From the NCBI GenBank assembly GCA_030390025.1, contig CM059433.1, positions 7,380,001 through 7,444,000 of the forward strand: a DNA stretch of 64,000 nt, in the 5' to 3' direction. Source of the DNA: Squalus acanthias (lineage: Eukaryota). Within the stretch, counting starts at the first letter, position 1; each line of letters begins with the position of its first letter. This document shows, in pieces, positions 1 to 12,688 of the stretch. Made by a program: the position numbers and the translations under genes. The notes under the pieces were generated by a model that was not told where the DNA came from, ran no database searches, and saw only the letters and a list, made by a program, of their open reading frames with translations.

Positions 1-170
1 TCACAATTCTTTTCAATCATTGACAGCACACTGAGCTGTGTTGAGTGCATGGATAAGTTTTTAGCCCTTTTGTACTGGTTCTTTAAACATTTTTTTTTAC
101 GTTACTGGACCAGAAAAACAACTTCCCAGTTTATTTTCTGCAGGTTTTGCAAAAGATTTGCAAGGCTTGT

Positions 171-452
171 AAGGAAAGAAATGATTTGTATTATATAGCA
201 CCTCATCACATCTCAGGATGTCCAAAAGCACTTTACAACCAATGTGGTTATTTTGAAGTACAGTTACTTGCCTGTGTACCAGCCAACTTGCACACAGCAA
301 AGCACCACAAACAGCAAAGAAATGAATGACCAATTCATCTTATTTTGGTGGTGTTGGCTAAGGGAGGACTGTTGGCTAGGACACCATGCTCATTTTGAAT
401 AGTGGGGCCGGAACCCACAACCTTCTGACTCAGAAGCGAGAGTGCTACCGAG
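171..452 (-). mobile_element. Deu-type SINE remnant (SacSINE1/AmnSINE1-like), internally deleted
   Basis: Shares head, core and tail segments with the copies at 51592 and 55186. Confidence 0.65.
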
Positions 453-528
453 CTAAGCTAATGCTTAGCCAAGCTGACTTTGTAAGGTTTGCTGTTTTGA
501 TGCAATTTTCCTTCCACTGATAATCCGT

Positions 529-1186
529 TCAGCAATTAAGAAAGCAAATGGTATGTTAGCTTTTGTTACAAAAGGATTAGAGTATAAGAGTAAAGAAGTC
601 TTACTACAATTATACAGGGCATTGGTGAGGCCACACCTGGAGTATTGTGTACAGATCTGGTCTCCTTACCTAAGGAAAGACATACTTGCTTTCGAGGGAG
701 TGCAACGAAGGTTCACCAGATTGGTTCCTGGGATGGGGGGATTGCCCTATGAGGAGAGATTGAGTAGACTAGGCCTATATTCTCTAGAGTTTAGAAGAAT
801 GAGAGGTGATCTCATTGAAACATACAAAATTCTTAAGGGGCTTGACAGGGTTAATGCTGGGAAAATGTTTCCCCTGGCTGGGGAATCTAGAACACAGGGT
901 CACAGTCTCAGAATAAAGGGTTGGCAATTTAGGGCTGAGATGAGGAGAAATGTCTTCACTCAAAGGGTTGTGAATCTTTGGAATTCTCTACCCCAGAGAG
1001 CTGTGGATGCTCAGTCGTTGAGCATATTCAAGACAGAGGTCGATATATTTTTGGGAATTAAGGGATATGGGGATAGTGCAGGAAGGTGGAGTTGAGGTAG
1101 AAGATCAGCCATGATCTTGTTGAATGGCGGAACAGGCTCGAAGGGCCAAATGGCCTACTTCTGCTCCTATTTCTTATGTTCTTATG
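529..1186 (+). mobile_element. CR1 LINE 3' fragment
   Basis: ORF 553..1095 has RPHLEYCVQ and RRMRGDLIETYKI; ends in (TTCTTATG)n tail. Confidence 0.92.
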
Positions 1187-1980
1187 ATCCAGAGGCAAAA
1201 CAGTTGAGGCGGTGGTGACTTTGACAGCCATTGGTAAAGCATGGAGACCAGATCCAGCTGGCAGTAGGTCTTCTTTTAGGAGGCTGCAGATGTCTGCCAC
1301 TACCTGACGCGACATCCTGAGCCTCCCGAGATACTGATGTTCAGACATAATCGAGGAAGCTGATCCACTGCCTGTAGACCGTGTGGTGGGTATGACCTCC
1401 TGCGAGCTGCAGCTCTCTACTGCTCCCCTCTCTCCTGTGCAGCTACATGTCTGTGACCAGCAGGTTGCTGCTGCTGCTGCTGTTGATCCTCATCTGAGGT
1501 CCAATCTAAGGCAGCATAAGCGGCACCCATCCTGATGTGACAGATCAAACCTCCAAAGTGTAGAAGAAACTCCAAAGTATAGAAAGTCAACTCTCAGCAA
1601 AAGTACTGTGAACACCCTTTCCCACTAGCAGGTAAGAAAGCAGCTGTGAGTACTGAGTATGCAGTGCCATATTTCCCAGAGATTGACTGAGCCCCTCAAT
1701 TGCCAGTATTCTCACCTTGCTTTCACTGGCGAGTTTCAGGAAGCCCGGGAAACAGCGGATCCCATGTTAAACTGAAAAAACTATGTCAATATCGCTCTAA
1801 CTGAGCAACTAGCCTATGTTAATTGGCAACCTGCCTCTCCCGAGGGGGTTGCGCACACGCGGCCTAATGCGCTGGAGTGAAACCCGGAAGTCGGTGGGTT
1901 GGAGCCAGCTTCCTGATGCGGTCAATTTCACCGGCTTTAACCACCCCCCCCCCCCCCCCCCCCATATTAAAATTCAGCCC
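1187..1980 (-). mobile_element. Truncated PIF/Harbinger transposon: one TIR plus the 5' part of a HARBI1-like transposase pseudogene
   Basis: Terminus GGGCTGAATTTT ends at 1980; ATG at 1530 starts MGAAY...; after a stop and frameshift, MSEHQYLGRLRMSRQVVADICSLL...ALPMAVKVTTA. Confidence 0.8.
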
Positions 1981-2112
1981 TGTAAGTTTCCAGAGCTCTT
2001 TATAAATAGAGAAAAATCTAGACCATAAAAAACAAGGTGGAAATCTTACACAGTACAACTTGAACTTAAGTAGTGAATAAGTACCAAAACACATCAGATG
2101 TATATGGCTCAC

Positions 2113-2356
2113 CTTTACTTGTGTTCCTTGGTGGAAGTGGAGGTGCATCAGTTACAGAAGGAGGGGGACTGGAGCTCAGTACAGTTCCATATGTCTCATT
2201 ATTCAGCATACTTGGAATGAATGGTCGCTGTTTATCTTTCATGGAGTTGGCGGAATCTCTTGTCAGGACTGCAAGAGGAATCGGAGGCTGAAGCTGGTTT
2301 GCTCCCGACTGATACGATAATTGATAGAAACTGATAGGTCTATTGGGACTGGATTG
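2113..2356 (-). CDS. ASAP2: ASAP2 exon, proline-rich region (QSSPNRPISFYQL...NETYG...APPLPPRNTSK); most 3' exon found
   Basis: cag/gtgag; 244 nt; RPISFYQL and NETYG favour ASAP2; PPLPPR SH3-ligand motif. Confidence 0.93.
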
Positions 2357-3169
2357 CTGAAAAGGATAGGTTTTGTTAAAATTGCAATGAGGTTTAAGAA
2401 CTTTCATTAGACACATTCATTCACACAGTATCACTGGCACCAACTATGCAACATATATTTTATTCTGCAGCCCTACACTGGTATGTTTGGCACTTTGAGC
2501 AAGACAAACCACAAAGGACAAAAACATTAAGTTCAGTCTTCCACAGTAGGGGGATATCAGTATAAAACTAGACTCTTAAGATACTTTCTTGAGTTATGGT
2601 TTGGAAGACTTTATACACTTTGATATGGCTATCTCAGAGGGATCATAGTCTGAAGGGTACTCAGGAGACCAGCACCAGAATTGCTTCAGCAGTATAATCC
2701 TGGATGGTGTCAGGACATCTAAAGTAAAGGGGTCCTTCTCTGGAGAGAGTACCATGTGACCTTACCAATGGCTTCCTTCATCAACAGCAATAGATAAAAC
2801 AGAGCAATGCAAAACATTGCAATGGGGAAAAGAAAGAAAATGAAATGGAGAAACATGAGGGACAGAGAAAAGGGAGATAGAAAAAGAGAACAAAAGGAGA
2901 GAGAGAGAAAACAATGGTAGAGGGGAGGAAAAGAATTGGCATTTACATAGCACCTTAGACATTAAAGATAGAACCAGAGGTAAGAGATAGTAGCTGTTGA
3001 TTAGACTAGCTGAGTGGATAGGTTCGGGCTAAAGTGGAGGAAGTCAAAGAACAGTCAGAGAGAGGATAGAGCTGAGGGGAACCCACTGACAAAAACTCAA
3101 TGGATGAGTTATCAACTACAGCAGAGAGAGAGTGCGCAATTTCAGCCAAACTAGATAGCAGCAAATATT

Positions 3170-4993
3170 TATGACTAAATGAGTACTTTGCATCTGTCTT
3201 TACCAAGGAAGAAGATGCTGTCAAAGTAAGAGGAGGTAGTTGAGATACTGGATGGGATAAAAATTGATAAAGAGGAAGTACTAGAAAGGCTGAAATAACA
3301 ACAGAAAATGCTGGTAACACACAGCAAGTCAGGCAGCATCTGTGGAAAGGATGCTGCCTGACCTGCTGAGCGTTTCCTGCATTTTCTGTTATTTCAGATT
3401 TCTAGCATCTGCAGTATTTTGTTATTGTACTAGAAAGGCTGGCTGTAATTAAAGTAGATAAGTCACTAGGACTGGATGGGATGCATCCTTGGATGCTAAG
3501 GGAAGTAAAGGTGGAAATTGCGGAGGTACTGGCCATAATCTTCCAGTCCTCCTTAGATACGGGGATGGTGCCAGAGGACTGGAGAATTGTAAGTGTCACA
3601 CCCTTGTTCAAAAAAGGGTGCAAGGATAAACCCAGTAGATACAGGCCAGTCAGTTTAACCTCGGTAGTGGGGAAGCTTTTAGAAACGATAATCAGGGACA
3701 AAGTTAACAGTCACTTGGACAAGTGTGGATTAATTAAGGAAAGTCAGCACGGATTTGTTAAAGGCAAATTGTGTTTAACCAACTTGATTGAGTTTTTTGA
3801 TGAGGGCAATGCGGTTGATGAGGTGTATATGGACTTCCAAAAGGCATTTGATAAAGTGCCACATAATAGGCTTGTCAGCAAAGTTGAAGCCCATGGAATA
3901 AAAGGGACAGTGGCAGCATGGATACGAAATTGGCCAAGTGACAGGAAACAGAGAGAAGTGGTGAACGGCTGTTTTTCGGACTGGAGGAAGGTACACAGTG
4001 GTGTTCCCCAGGGGTCGGTACTAGGACCACTGATTTTCTTGATATACATCAATGACTTGGACTTGGGTGCACAGGGCACAATGTGAAAGTTTGCAGATGA
4101 CACAAAACTTGGAAGTATAGTGAACAGTGAGGAGGACAGCGATTGACTTCAAGAGGACATAGACAGGCTGGTGGAATGGGTGGAAACATGGTAGATGAAA
4201 TTTAACGCAGAAAAGTGCGAAGTGATACATTCTGGTAGGAAGAATGAAGAGAGGCAATATAAACTAAGGGTACAATTCTAAAGGAGGTGCATGAACAGAG
4301 AGACCTAGGGGTATATTTGCACAAATCATTGAAGGTGGCAGGGCAGGTTGAGAAAGCAGTTAAAAAAGCATATGTGATCCTGGGCTTCATAAATAGAGGC
4401 ATATAGAGTACAAAAGCAAGGAAGTTATGATGAACCTTTAGAAAACACTGGTCCGGCCTCAACTGGAGTATTGTGTCCAATTCTGGGCACCACACTTTAG
4501 GAAGGATGTGAAGGCCTTAGAGAGGGTGCAGAAAAGATTTACAGGAATGGTTCCAGGGATGAGGGACTTCAGTTATGTGGATAGACTGGAGAAGCTGGAG
4601 TTGTTCTCCTTAGAGCAGAGAAGGTTGAGAAGATTTGATAGAGGTGTTCAAAGTCATGAGGGGTCTAGACAGAGTAGATAGAGAGAAACTGTTCCCATTG
4701 GCGGAAGGGTCGAGAACCAGAGGACACAGATTTAAGGTGATTGGCAGGAGAATCAAAGGCAACATGAGGAAAAACTTTTTTACACAGCGAGTGGTTAGGA
4801 TCTGGAATGCACTGCCTGAGAGGGTGGTGGAGGCAGATTCAATCGTGGCTTTCAAAAGGGAATTGGATAAGTACCTGAAGGAAAAAAATTTGCAGGGCCA
4901 CGGGGAAATGGGACTAGCTGAAGTGTTCTTGCAGGGAATCGGGACAGGCCGAATGGCCTCCTTCTGTGCTGTAACCATTCTATGATTCTATGA
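3170..4993 (+). mobile_element. CR1 LINE, 5'-truncated ORF2 (RT), degenerate
   Basis: [43 protein letters not shown] tail. Confidence 0.93.
3293..3426. mobile_element. 134-bp fold-back insertion (Penelope-like terminal repeat derivative) within CR1
   Basis: 15-bp direct repeat GTACTAGAAAGGCTG at 3278-3292 and 3427-3441; long internal inverted repeat; family call tentative. Confidence 0.65.
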
Positions 4994-5576
4994 CAAATGA
5001 TTCACTGAAGTGTTACAGAGCAGAATTCTAGAGATGTGTGAACAGGCAACAAAACCACCAGTGGAACGGTCAAGCAGAAATCATACTGGTCATCATGTAT
5101 TAGTGCAAAATGAATAATTTTAAAGGTAACAGCATTTTACATAACTTAAGAGATGCAAAAGTTTTAGAGGAATTACGTCAAAGGCAAGACTTGGTTCAAA
5201 TTTCCAAGGAGGAGGAAAGATTAACTGGGAATAATATTAAAGAGGCAGAATAGGATAGGGGTAAATTCAGAGCACACATCTCAAGTGATATTACAGAACT
5301 GATTTTAGAAAAACTGGATCAATACATTCAAGGTCTGAACTTCGGCAAGTAGCAGCTCACTTGTTAAGGGCAGCAGACACCAGAGTGAAATACAGTGGAG
5401 AGATCAGTAAACTGAATTGGACTTGAAAGTTAGGATTCAATAGTCAAAGCATTAGATGACTTGATTCATTACCATTTTCTAAGGTGGGAAGCGTGTTTGA
5501 AAAAAATCCAACATTAGAAAGACAATGCTGAGAAATTATATTAACAGAATATATTGACTGAATGTTATATTCCTAC

Positions 5577-5684
5577 CTTGTCTTCAATATCATCATCACT
5601 TTCATCCAGATCTTCGTGATGCAATCTCCATTCATATTCCACATGTACATGAGCATTAAACTTGCCTGATAACGACTGTATAAG
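5577..5684 (-). CDS. ASAP2: ASAP2 exon (LIQSLSGKFNAHVHVEYEWRLHHEDLDESDDDIEDK)
   Basis: cag/gtagg; 108 nt; conserved HVHVEYEW and acidic patch. Confidence 0.96.
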
Positions 5685-5784
5685 CTGCATAACAGAATCA
5701 CCATTTATTTTTTAAAGTCACATAAATGTCAGTGGAGATCTTGCAATAATTATAGAATATTTAATATGTAAATATAGGACGTAC

Positions 5785-5852
5785 CACCTCCTCACACAGT
5801 GTGTGCTTTAAACGTTTAGCTATATCAAGTGGAGTTTCCCCTGCTTCATTGG
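5785..5852 (-). CDS. ASAP2: ASAP2 exon, ankyrin (NEAGETPLDIAKRLKHTLCEEV)
   Basis: tag/gtacg; 68 nt; in phase. Confidence 0.95.
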
Positions 5853-6589
5853 CTAAAAATAAAACAACACAAACTCTTTAGTTAAATATATGCACTCTCA
5901 AATAAGCTGCTGTAGACCCAAGGTGCATCTTATCAGTTTTCAAGACTTTTGCTAAAAATAAAAAACTTTAGTTTCAGATTTGGCAAAAGCTACATGATAA
6001 AGATGAAAACTCAGCAACATTGACATATGATGAACTGAAATCTGGATTAAGCTCTTTGATTTAATTCATTAAAGAGAACTGCACAAACATGTCTTTATAA
6101 TCTTACATATTCAGGGTTCTCTAAACCCATAATTACATTGAAACACTGCACTTATCTCAGATCAGGGTTTCGAAACTGAATATGTTTTGCAGTACTTCAC
6201 TTTGATCTCTACCCAGATTAATTTTGTGTACTGGTTTGGGTGAAATTATAGCATGATACATTTGCAGAAACCACAGAGGAGTTGCATTTGGATGTTTGCA
6301 TGAACTTGATCGCTCTTTATGGCTTCACAAACTGATATTGAATTGAACAAAGCTGCTCAGTTTATATTGTTAGCTCTTAAGTTGGGCTATTCCTGCAGTG
6401 TAATTTTCTCATATGTGAATCCTATATAACAAATAGAATGAATTATGAGGCAGATGTGCACGTGTTACTAAGGCGTATTGTGGGGCAGAATGCAGCTACA
6501 AATGTGGAAAACATTTAGACTTCTGTTTTAAAATTGGCACCCGAATGAAAGGTACTTTATGGGTGTCTATCACCAAATCACAACAATCA

Positions 6590-6990
6590 TATTAAAAAGC
6601 AAGGCCATTCAGGCCATCGTGCCTGTGTTAGCTCCTCAAGTGAAGCTGTCTACATCAATCTCATTTCCCTGCTCTTTATTGCAACCTCTTATATTTTTCC
6701 TTTTGAACTACGTAGCCAATTCCATTTTAAATGATGTTATAATCTCTGCTCCAATAGCCACTTGTGGTAATGTATTCTATGCTCTAATAAACGGCGGAGA
6801 AAAAAATTCTAGTGTCCCCTTCATTCTTCTAGTGATAATCCGCAATCTATGTACCTTGTTACCAGTTAGTGTGAACAATCTTGCACTGGTCACCTTCTTG
6901 CAACCTTCCATAATTTTGAAGACCTCCATTAGATTCCCCTGTTCCAGTTAAAAAGCCTAAATATTACCAAACCTTTCTACATAACTTTAG
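6590..6990 (-). mobile_element. Old decayed CR1 3' fragment
   Basis: Degenerate match to reverse-complement CR1 3' ends elsewhere in the window. Confidence 0.6.
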
Positions 6991-7507
6991 TTTTTTACTT
7001 GAAGTCTATTGAATTTGACACATTTACACAGGCAGAGATCAAATCAGCCTCAAACATGACTACAGATCAAAGTAAATAATACCATACTATTTGCACTGTT
7101 ATTAATGCAAATTTACAATAAATGTAAATTTAGCATAAATCAGAAAGACCCTCAAGAAGCTGATGTGCAAAAATACTATTTTTGTTGAGTGTAATTTTTG
7201 ACTTGCATGTAATACTGTATATGGTCAGATTGAGTCCAACTTGACATATTTAATGTGCAGAAATATTTGTACGTTTTTATTTTGTTTTGTTCACTTGATT
7301 TTCACTGGTCTCATCTTCCTTTTCTAATTCTAATAAAGGGCATCTATCCAAAACATTAACTATTTGCATTCTCTTTTTAGATGGTGAATGACCTGCTGTG
7401 TATTTGCAACATTTTACTGTTTTTATATAAGGACTTTAAAGCATGCCTTGGTCATCACAGAAGAGATCCTCAAGTATTAAAAGAAACATGATTTTAAAGC
7501 AACATAC

Positions 7508-7623
7508 CTATTTCAATGGAAGCTTTGCCCCTCAAAAGCAACTTAAGACATTCCACATTATCATTTAGACAGCAGTAATGCAATGCTGTACTGCCTTTAG
7601 TTGTCTGTTTATCAAGATTCCCA
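7508..7623 (-). CDS. ASAP2: ASAP2 exon, ankyrin repeat (GNLDKQTTKGSTALHYCCLNDNVECLKLLLRGKASIEI)
   Basis: cag/gtatg; 116 nt; in phase. Confidence 0.96.
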
Positions 7624-8152
7624 CTGTTGGACCAAACATTGACAAATTCATATACAGGATTACATTTTAAAAGATGATATTCAAGCACTTGATAACTACA
7701 TGCAGTACTTGGTTTACATTGATGGCAATTTCTTTTTAACAATGTAAAACAAACATTTAAAAGAATGTTTGCAATATCAGCAAGAATACCATTTTACAAA
7801 ATTAGCTTAGAGTCGGACAAACTATATCGCATAAACATTTCATGAAGATCTCTTCCCGTTCACAACCCCTGTCCTCATCCGGTTGGAAAGTGGGCGTCAA
7901 TTTCTTCGAGATCCTCATGGTTAAGCTATGTTAGTTAGCCAAAGATACAAGTCATTGGGTAAGACTGTGACTGTTGATTGCCTGTACAGCCCAGCTGAGT
8001 CCTGGTTAAAATGACAGATAAGCAAGTTGGAGCGCTAATTTTCTGCAGACCCCAGACCCAATGACTATGCTATCAAATAGCCTCGTCATCGTCCTTACTA
8101 TTTTGTAAAAGAGCAAGTTTTAAAAAAAAATACTTCACAATAAAGTGCTGAC

Positions 8153-8238
8153 CTGTTCTGCACTAAAAAGTCAACTACATGAAGTGATGTTCTGTCCACC
8201 AATCTTACAGCAAGATGTAGTGCTGTTTCTCCTTGTTC
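8153..8238 (-). CDS. ASAP2: ASAP2 exon, ankyrin repeat (EQGETALHLAVRLVDRTSLHVVDFLVQN)
   Basis: tag/gtcag; 86 nt; TALH ankyrin motif. Confidence 0.96.
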
Positions 8239-9062
8239 CTAGAAGTACATAGAGAAAAGGAAATAATCTTCAACAGGCTTTTAAATATGCATGAAAAATT
8301 CAATGAGCTTTTGGAGAGTTATGAAACACTGGTTAACACTGCCAACTTCTGCATCACTGGTGGTCAACTAAGAAAGCAGAATAACGCATTATACTGTGCA
8401 TGTAGACTCACCATTAATGATTTATTTTTTAAATCACCACTAATTTTACTCAGAGAATGAACCTAATTTAAATATTTTTTTAGTATAAATAGCTTGGCAG
8501 TTGTGATTTTGTGCCAAAAATTAACTACCTTTTAATGCTTTACTACATGTACGCGCAGCAGCCTGTGGCTTAAATGATAATTGAACCACAGAACTAACAT
8601 GATTTAGTTTCATTTTCAGTAAACTCATTCCTGTTCATGTGTTCGTTAGGGAACGGAGCACAAATTCTGACTAGTTAAGTGTGACAAAGTATACCTTTAA
8701 GTGCCGGCCAAGTTTAAAGTTTCCAAAGTTGCCAATTCACTATAACCAATTTAGAAGTGCTGTCTGTATTTGCTATCAGCTAAAGAGTGGTATGGTTTAT
8801 GCTTGCAATTCCCACATGCTGAGCTCATTAACAAGTGTCATGGGATGACACCAAGTGAAGAGCAGTAAAAAAATAACCAGCACACCACCCTATACTGCCC
8901 TTATCCATGTCCCAACAGCCAATACAGCAACCTTTCTAGAGGCTTTGGAGCAGTCTTCCAATTCAACCAGGCCTCCTGTTGGCTAGGAATGATATGTAGT
9001 GTACAAGATTTAAGACAGGACAGAGTAGAAAGAAAAATCTTATATACACACACACACTCTAA

Positions 9063-10898
9063 GGTCGCGATTTTACCGGCGCTCAGTGGATGGGATGGGG
9101 CAGTCAGCTGTGAAATTTAAAATGATTGACAGCGGGTTGGGAACCCGCTGTCAAAACGCGCACACTTGCATTTCCCAAAGTTGGGTCTGCCAGCGCTGAG
9201 CAGACCAGACAAGCAGTGGCAGGGGACCCAATTCAAATCATTAGTGGCTTGTTTACAGCCACTTAATGCTTTTTTTCCACCCAGCTTTTTGAATTTGACA
9301 GGTCGCCCACCAGTTTCCCGCTGTGCCTAGACCTCATCTGTGAAGCTGAGGCGGGAGGTCACTTACCTTTGAATCAGCTGATGAGCTGACAGCTTCAAAT
9401 GTCAAGTCAAAGTTCCCAGCTGATTGAGAAATGTTCCCTTAACCACTAGCTTCTCTAAACTGCATTTCCACTACAGATTCAGAATGCTGCAAGTCTTTAC
9501 ACAAGCCTCCATGCAGTCTGATCTCATTACCTCTTCCACCATTGACAGATCGCTTCTGTCATCTCTACTTCACCTGCCATCTATTCCATCAGCATGGGCG
9601 CACTTTATACTGTCTCACCTTGGTCCTCAGACGCCCACCATGATCAGCCCCAACAACCACACCAACCTTCTCCGCAATCACCTGATGCTGCACAGGACAC
9701 AGGGCATCAGCACCCGACCACATTGCTGCCCGGGACGTCAGGGATGGCCTCACCATGGCCACATTTACTTCACTTGACGCTGCACACCCTGGCTGCCACA
9801 TGATGCGCCAGGTTGGCACCACCCCACACCAACAACATAAAGCATTCCTACAATGCCCAAGCCATTCCTTTCACACTCATCAGCAATGCAGGGAGTACCG
9901 TTCTGTCTCACCATTCACTGCAACTCACTAAGTCACTTCCAAAGGTGTACTCAAATCTGTCCAAGAATGCAAAGTGTTGAAAATAAAGATTTCAATGTTT
10001 GACAGTACATTAACAGAAACTTCACATGAACATTGGCTAAAACACCCAAGTGCCTACACTTGTGTGTTGTTGGTTGGTAATGATTGGACTAGGATGAGGA
10101 TGAGTATGAGGGGTGGCTAGTGAGATGGGGAAGTGATGATGTAAATCGAGAGAGATGGGTGGAGGTGCAAGATAAGTTGGTGAGAGTAAGGATGTGCAGG
10201 AATAGGGTAGGGAAGGCAGAGTGATGGGGATGTGATGATGTAAATCGAGAGGGATGAGTGGAGGTGCAAGATAAGTTGGTGTGAGTAAGGATGTGCAGGA
10301 ATAGGGTAGGGAAGGCAGAGTGATGGGGATGTGATGAGTGGCACAGCAGGATGAGATGGAGTGTGGCTTTGCAGTAATGTTTCGTGATCTACTGAGATCA
10401 TTGAAAAGTTTGCGTCACTGCAGCCTGGTCCTCCTGATGACATCCATGCTTGTGCCCTCCTGTGCAATGTGCAACCAGGTTGCGTTGGTCTCCTGGGGAG
10501 GTCTCTTCCGCCCATTGGAAGGGAAGAGAACCGCCCTGCGTGCTGTGACTCCATAAGCAAATGGAAGAAGTCATGGGAGAGCCTGGGTGCAGCCATGCAC
10601 CTCTGTGCAGGGCTGGTCAGTGTTTGCAGCACCTCAATTCTGTAGAACACTGACAGCACAAAAGTCAAAGTAAATTTGCGCATGGTTCCTTTAAGGAAAC
10701 CGGCTGATGACGCGTCATCAAATGACATCATCAGACTCGCTTCCTTCAATTGGCCAGGTAACTCACTGGGCAGGCTTAACAAGCCCAATCAGGGGAAAGT
10801 CATGTCGGAGCCCGGGATGGAGACACGACCGGGCCGGGACCGGACCCGCCACTGACGTCGCCCGCTAGGGACCCACCAAGGTAGGGAAAATCGCGGCC
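9063..10898. mobile_element. Non-autonomous PIF/Harbinger element with remnants of both genes
   Basis: TIRs GGTCGCGATTTTACC and GGCCGCGATTTTCCC; TAA TSD on both sides; Myb/SANT remnant on minus strand about 10380-10597; transposase-like N-terminus on plus strand from 9594. Confidence 0.85.
10124..10336. repeat. 99-bp tandem repeat, about 2.1 copies
   Basis: GATGGGG unit starts at 10124, 10223 and 10322. Confidence 0.9.
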
Positions 10899-11505
10899 TA
10901 AGAGTTTCAAATAGGGCAGATCACGATATGCCTCTTTCCCTCATCTGAGATTAAATGATACACATCATTATGCTCTATCTAAAGACCTAGCTGAGAATGA
11001 ATAAAAATAAAATCCACCTTCTATACATGTAATAAGTCTTGCTTCTAGCACTTGCAAAGTATGTCACACTTGCAACTCATTTGCTCTGATATCCATAAAC
11101 AGCAACTATTCAGAAAGAAACAATAAAAAAAAAGAGAACGCAGTCATTTTCTGCTGGCTTTTGCTGAACTTGATAACTTGGCTTCTCCACTTGGAATCCT
11201 TCTATCCTTTTTGGTTAGAAAAATCTCCAAACCAGATGGGGATATACAAGTAACATCCAATCTAGGGACACATGTCCCGCAGCAAAAGCAATTAGCCTCT
11301 AATTGACCCCAGAGTGTGTCTTTTTAATAGCACTTCTCCATAGTGAGTAGTTGAACAGTAGTCCTAGAGGTTCAGATGAGATTAAACACAGTTCCACCTT
11401 AACAGCTAAACATCAAAGCCTTACTGCAGCCCGAAGCTACCTTAGAGGAACATTACAGGAGATCAGTTAGTACCAAATTATCCAAGTGAGTCAGACTGGA
11501 ACGTA

Positions 11506-12281
11506 GGGGGTGATTTTGCCAATGGGGAGTTTTTGGAGGCGGGACTCCCACTTGTCGGGGTTTCAGTCCCGCCTCCAACAACTTCTGGCCGACCCACGCT
11601 GTTTTCCCTTGATTGACCTTGTTAAGCCCGCCCAGCGGGAAAGCCGGTTGCAGAGAACGTCAACGTATGACGCTTCATCTGTCAAAAATTTTTGACAGAT
11701 GAATTGTCTTCGTTTGACAGCTCTGTGAAGCTGTCAAACAGTGACATTCTCTGTAGTTTGATGCGGTCTTGAATTCAAGACCTCATCAAACATCGTTCTT
11801 TTGCAGAAATGAGATGGTTGTTGCATTGGAGAATGCAACGGCCATCTGTCATCGCCAACGCGGAGGTGCGAGACTCTCCGCATACCCACCGGCTGAAGTC
11901 TGCAGGAAGAAACAAAGGTAAGTAAACATTTTCTAACTCTTTGCACTTACCTCAGATACTCACCTCTCCACACTTGCACCCATCACTTACCTTCACAGCA
12001 CACTTTTGCACCGACCCGACCCCCTATTCATCTCGCTGACCTGGCGGGAAGCCCACACTCGAGGGCAAAAAGGGGATAATCTTATTTTCTGCCTGTTAAC
12101 TACCTGTTAACAGGCAGTTAATAGGCTTTAATCCCTTCCCGCCTCCAAGGAGACAGGACCTGGCATGGGGCGGCTACCCGCCTCCTGGGAAGATGGCATG
12201 GAGGCGGGTTGGGCACCCGCCCCCAAATTCTGCCATTTTCCCGGCAGTCCCACCTCCCCGGGGCTGGCAAGATCGCACCCC
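11506..12281. mobile_element. MITE, Harbinger-like, same family as 44688-45525 in opposite orientation
   Basis: Imperfect TIRs GGGGGTGATTTTGCCA and GGGGTGCGATCTTGCCA; shared internal palindromes. Confidence 0.7.
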
Positions 12282-12498
12282 TTGTCTCAGATTTAAACTT
12301 CTGATCATGATTTTCTTTCAGCATTGAAACCACCAAAGATCTCCTTCCCCCTATGATCATAAGTATTTTTTTCTAAATGACTCCATATTTTCCTCTGAAC
12401 CATTTCAAATTACTCATTCAAATAAGCCTATCCTCTAATTTTTATAGAAAGTTGAACATAATTTTTTTTGTGAAATAATGCCATAAAATAAATCTTAC

Positions 12499-12688
12499 AT
12501 GTCCATTTGCCAAAGGAATTGGGTCAGTGAGATCTACACCATCAGCATACACCTGAATTAAGGCGAAGATGTCTCTTGACTTGATTGCATCACATAGACA
12601 GCTAAGTTTGGCTGCATTGTCAGTACACTTTTTCCTTGAATATTTCCGTTCTGTGTATTTAGCAGTAATGTAGTCCTTTCGTGCAACC
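12499..12688 (-). CDS. ASAP2: ASAP2 exon, ArfGAP end (VARKDYITAKYTERKY...DGVDLTDPIPLANGH)
   Basis: tag/gtaag; 190 nt; lies inside ORF 12442..12711. Confidence 0.96.

Noticed and set aside
97..170. Possible next ASAP2 exon near the window start
   Set aside because: Both candidate minus-strand acceptors reach a stop within about 15 codons and show no similarity to the expected ASAP2 peptide.
3481..4086. Reverse-transcriptase ORFs as functional genes or retron-like systems
   Set aside because: All are fragments of CR1, RTE or L2 LINEs with stops and frameshifts.
8062..8090. GCCTCGTCATC, matching part of the 28S R2 target region
   Set aside because: Only about 11 nt, 15 kb from the R2 relic, with no other rRNA similarity; likely chance.
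10117..10788. 223-aa ORF with a 33-aa repeat as a novel gene
   Set aside because: Explained by a frameshifted Harbinger Myb remnant plus a 99-bp tandem duplication.
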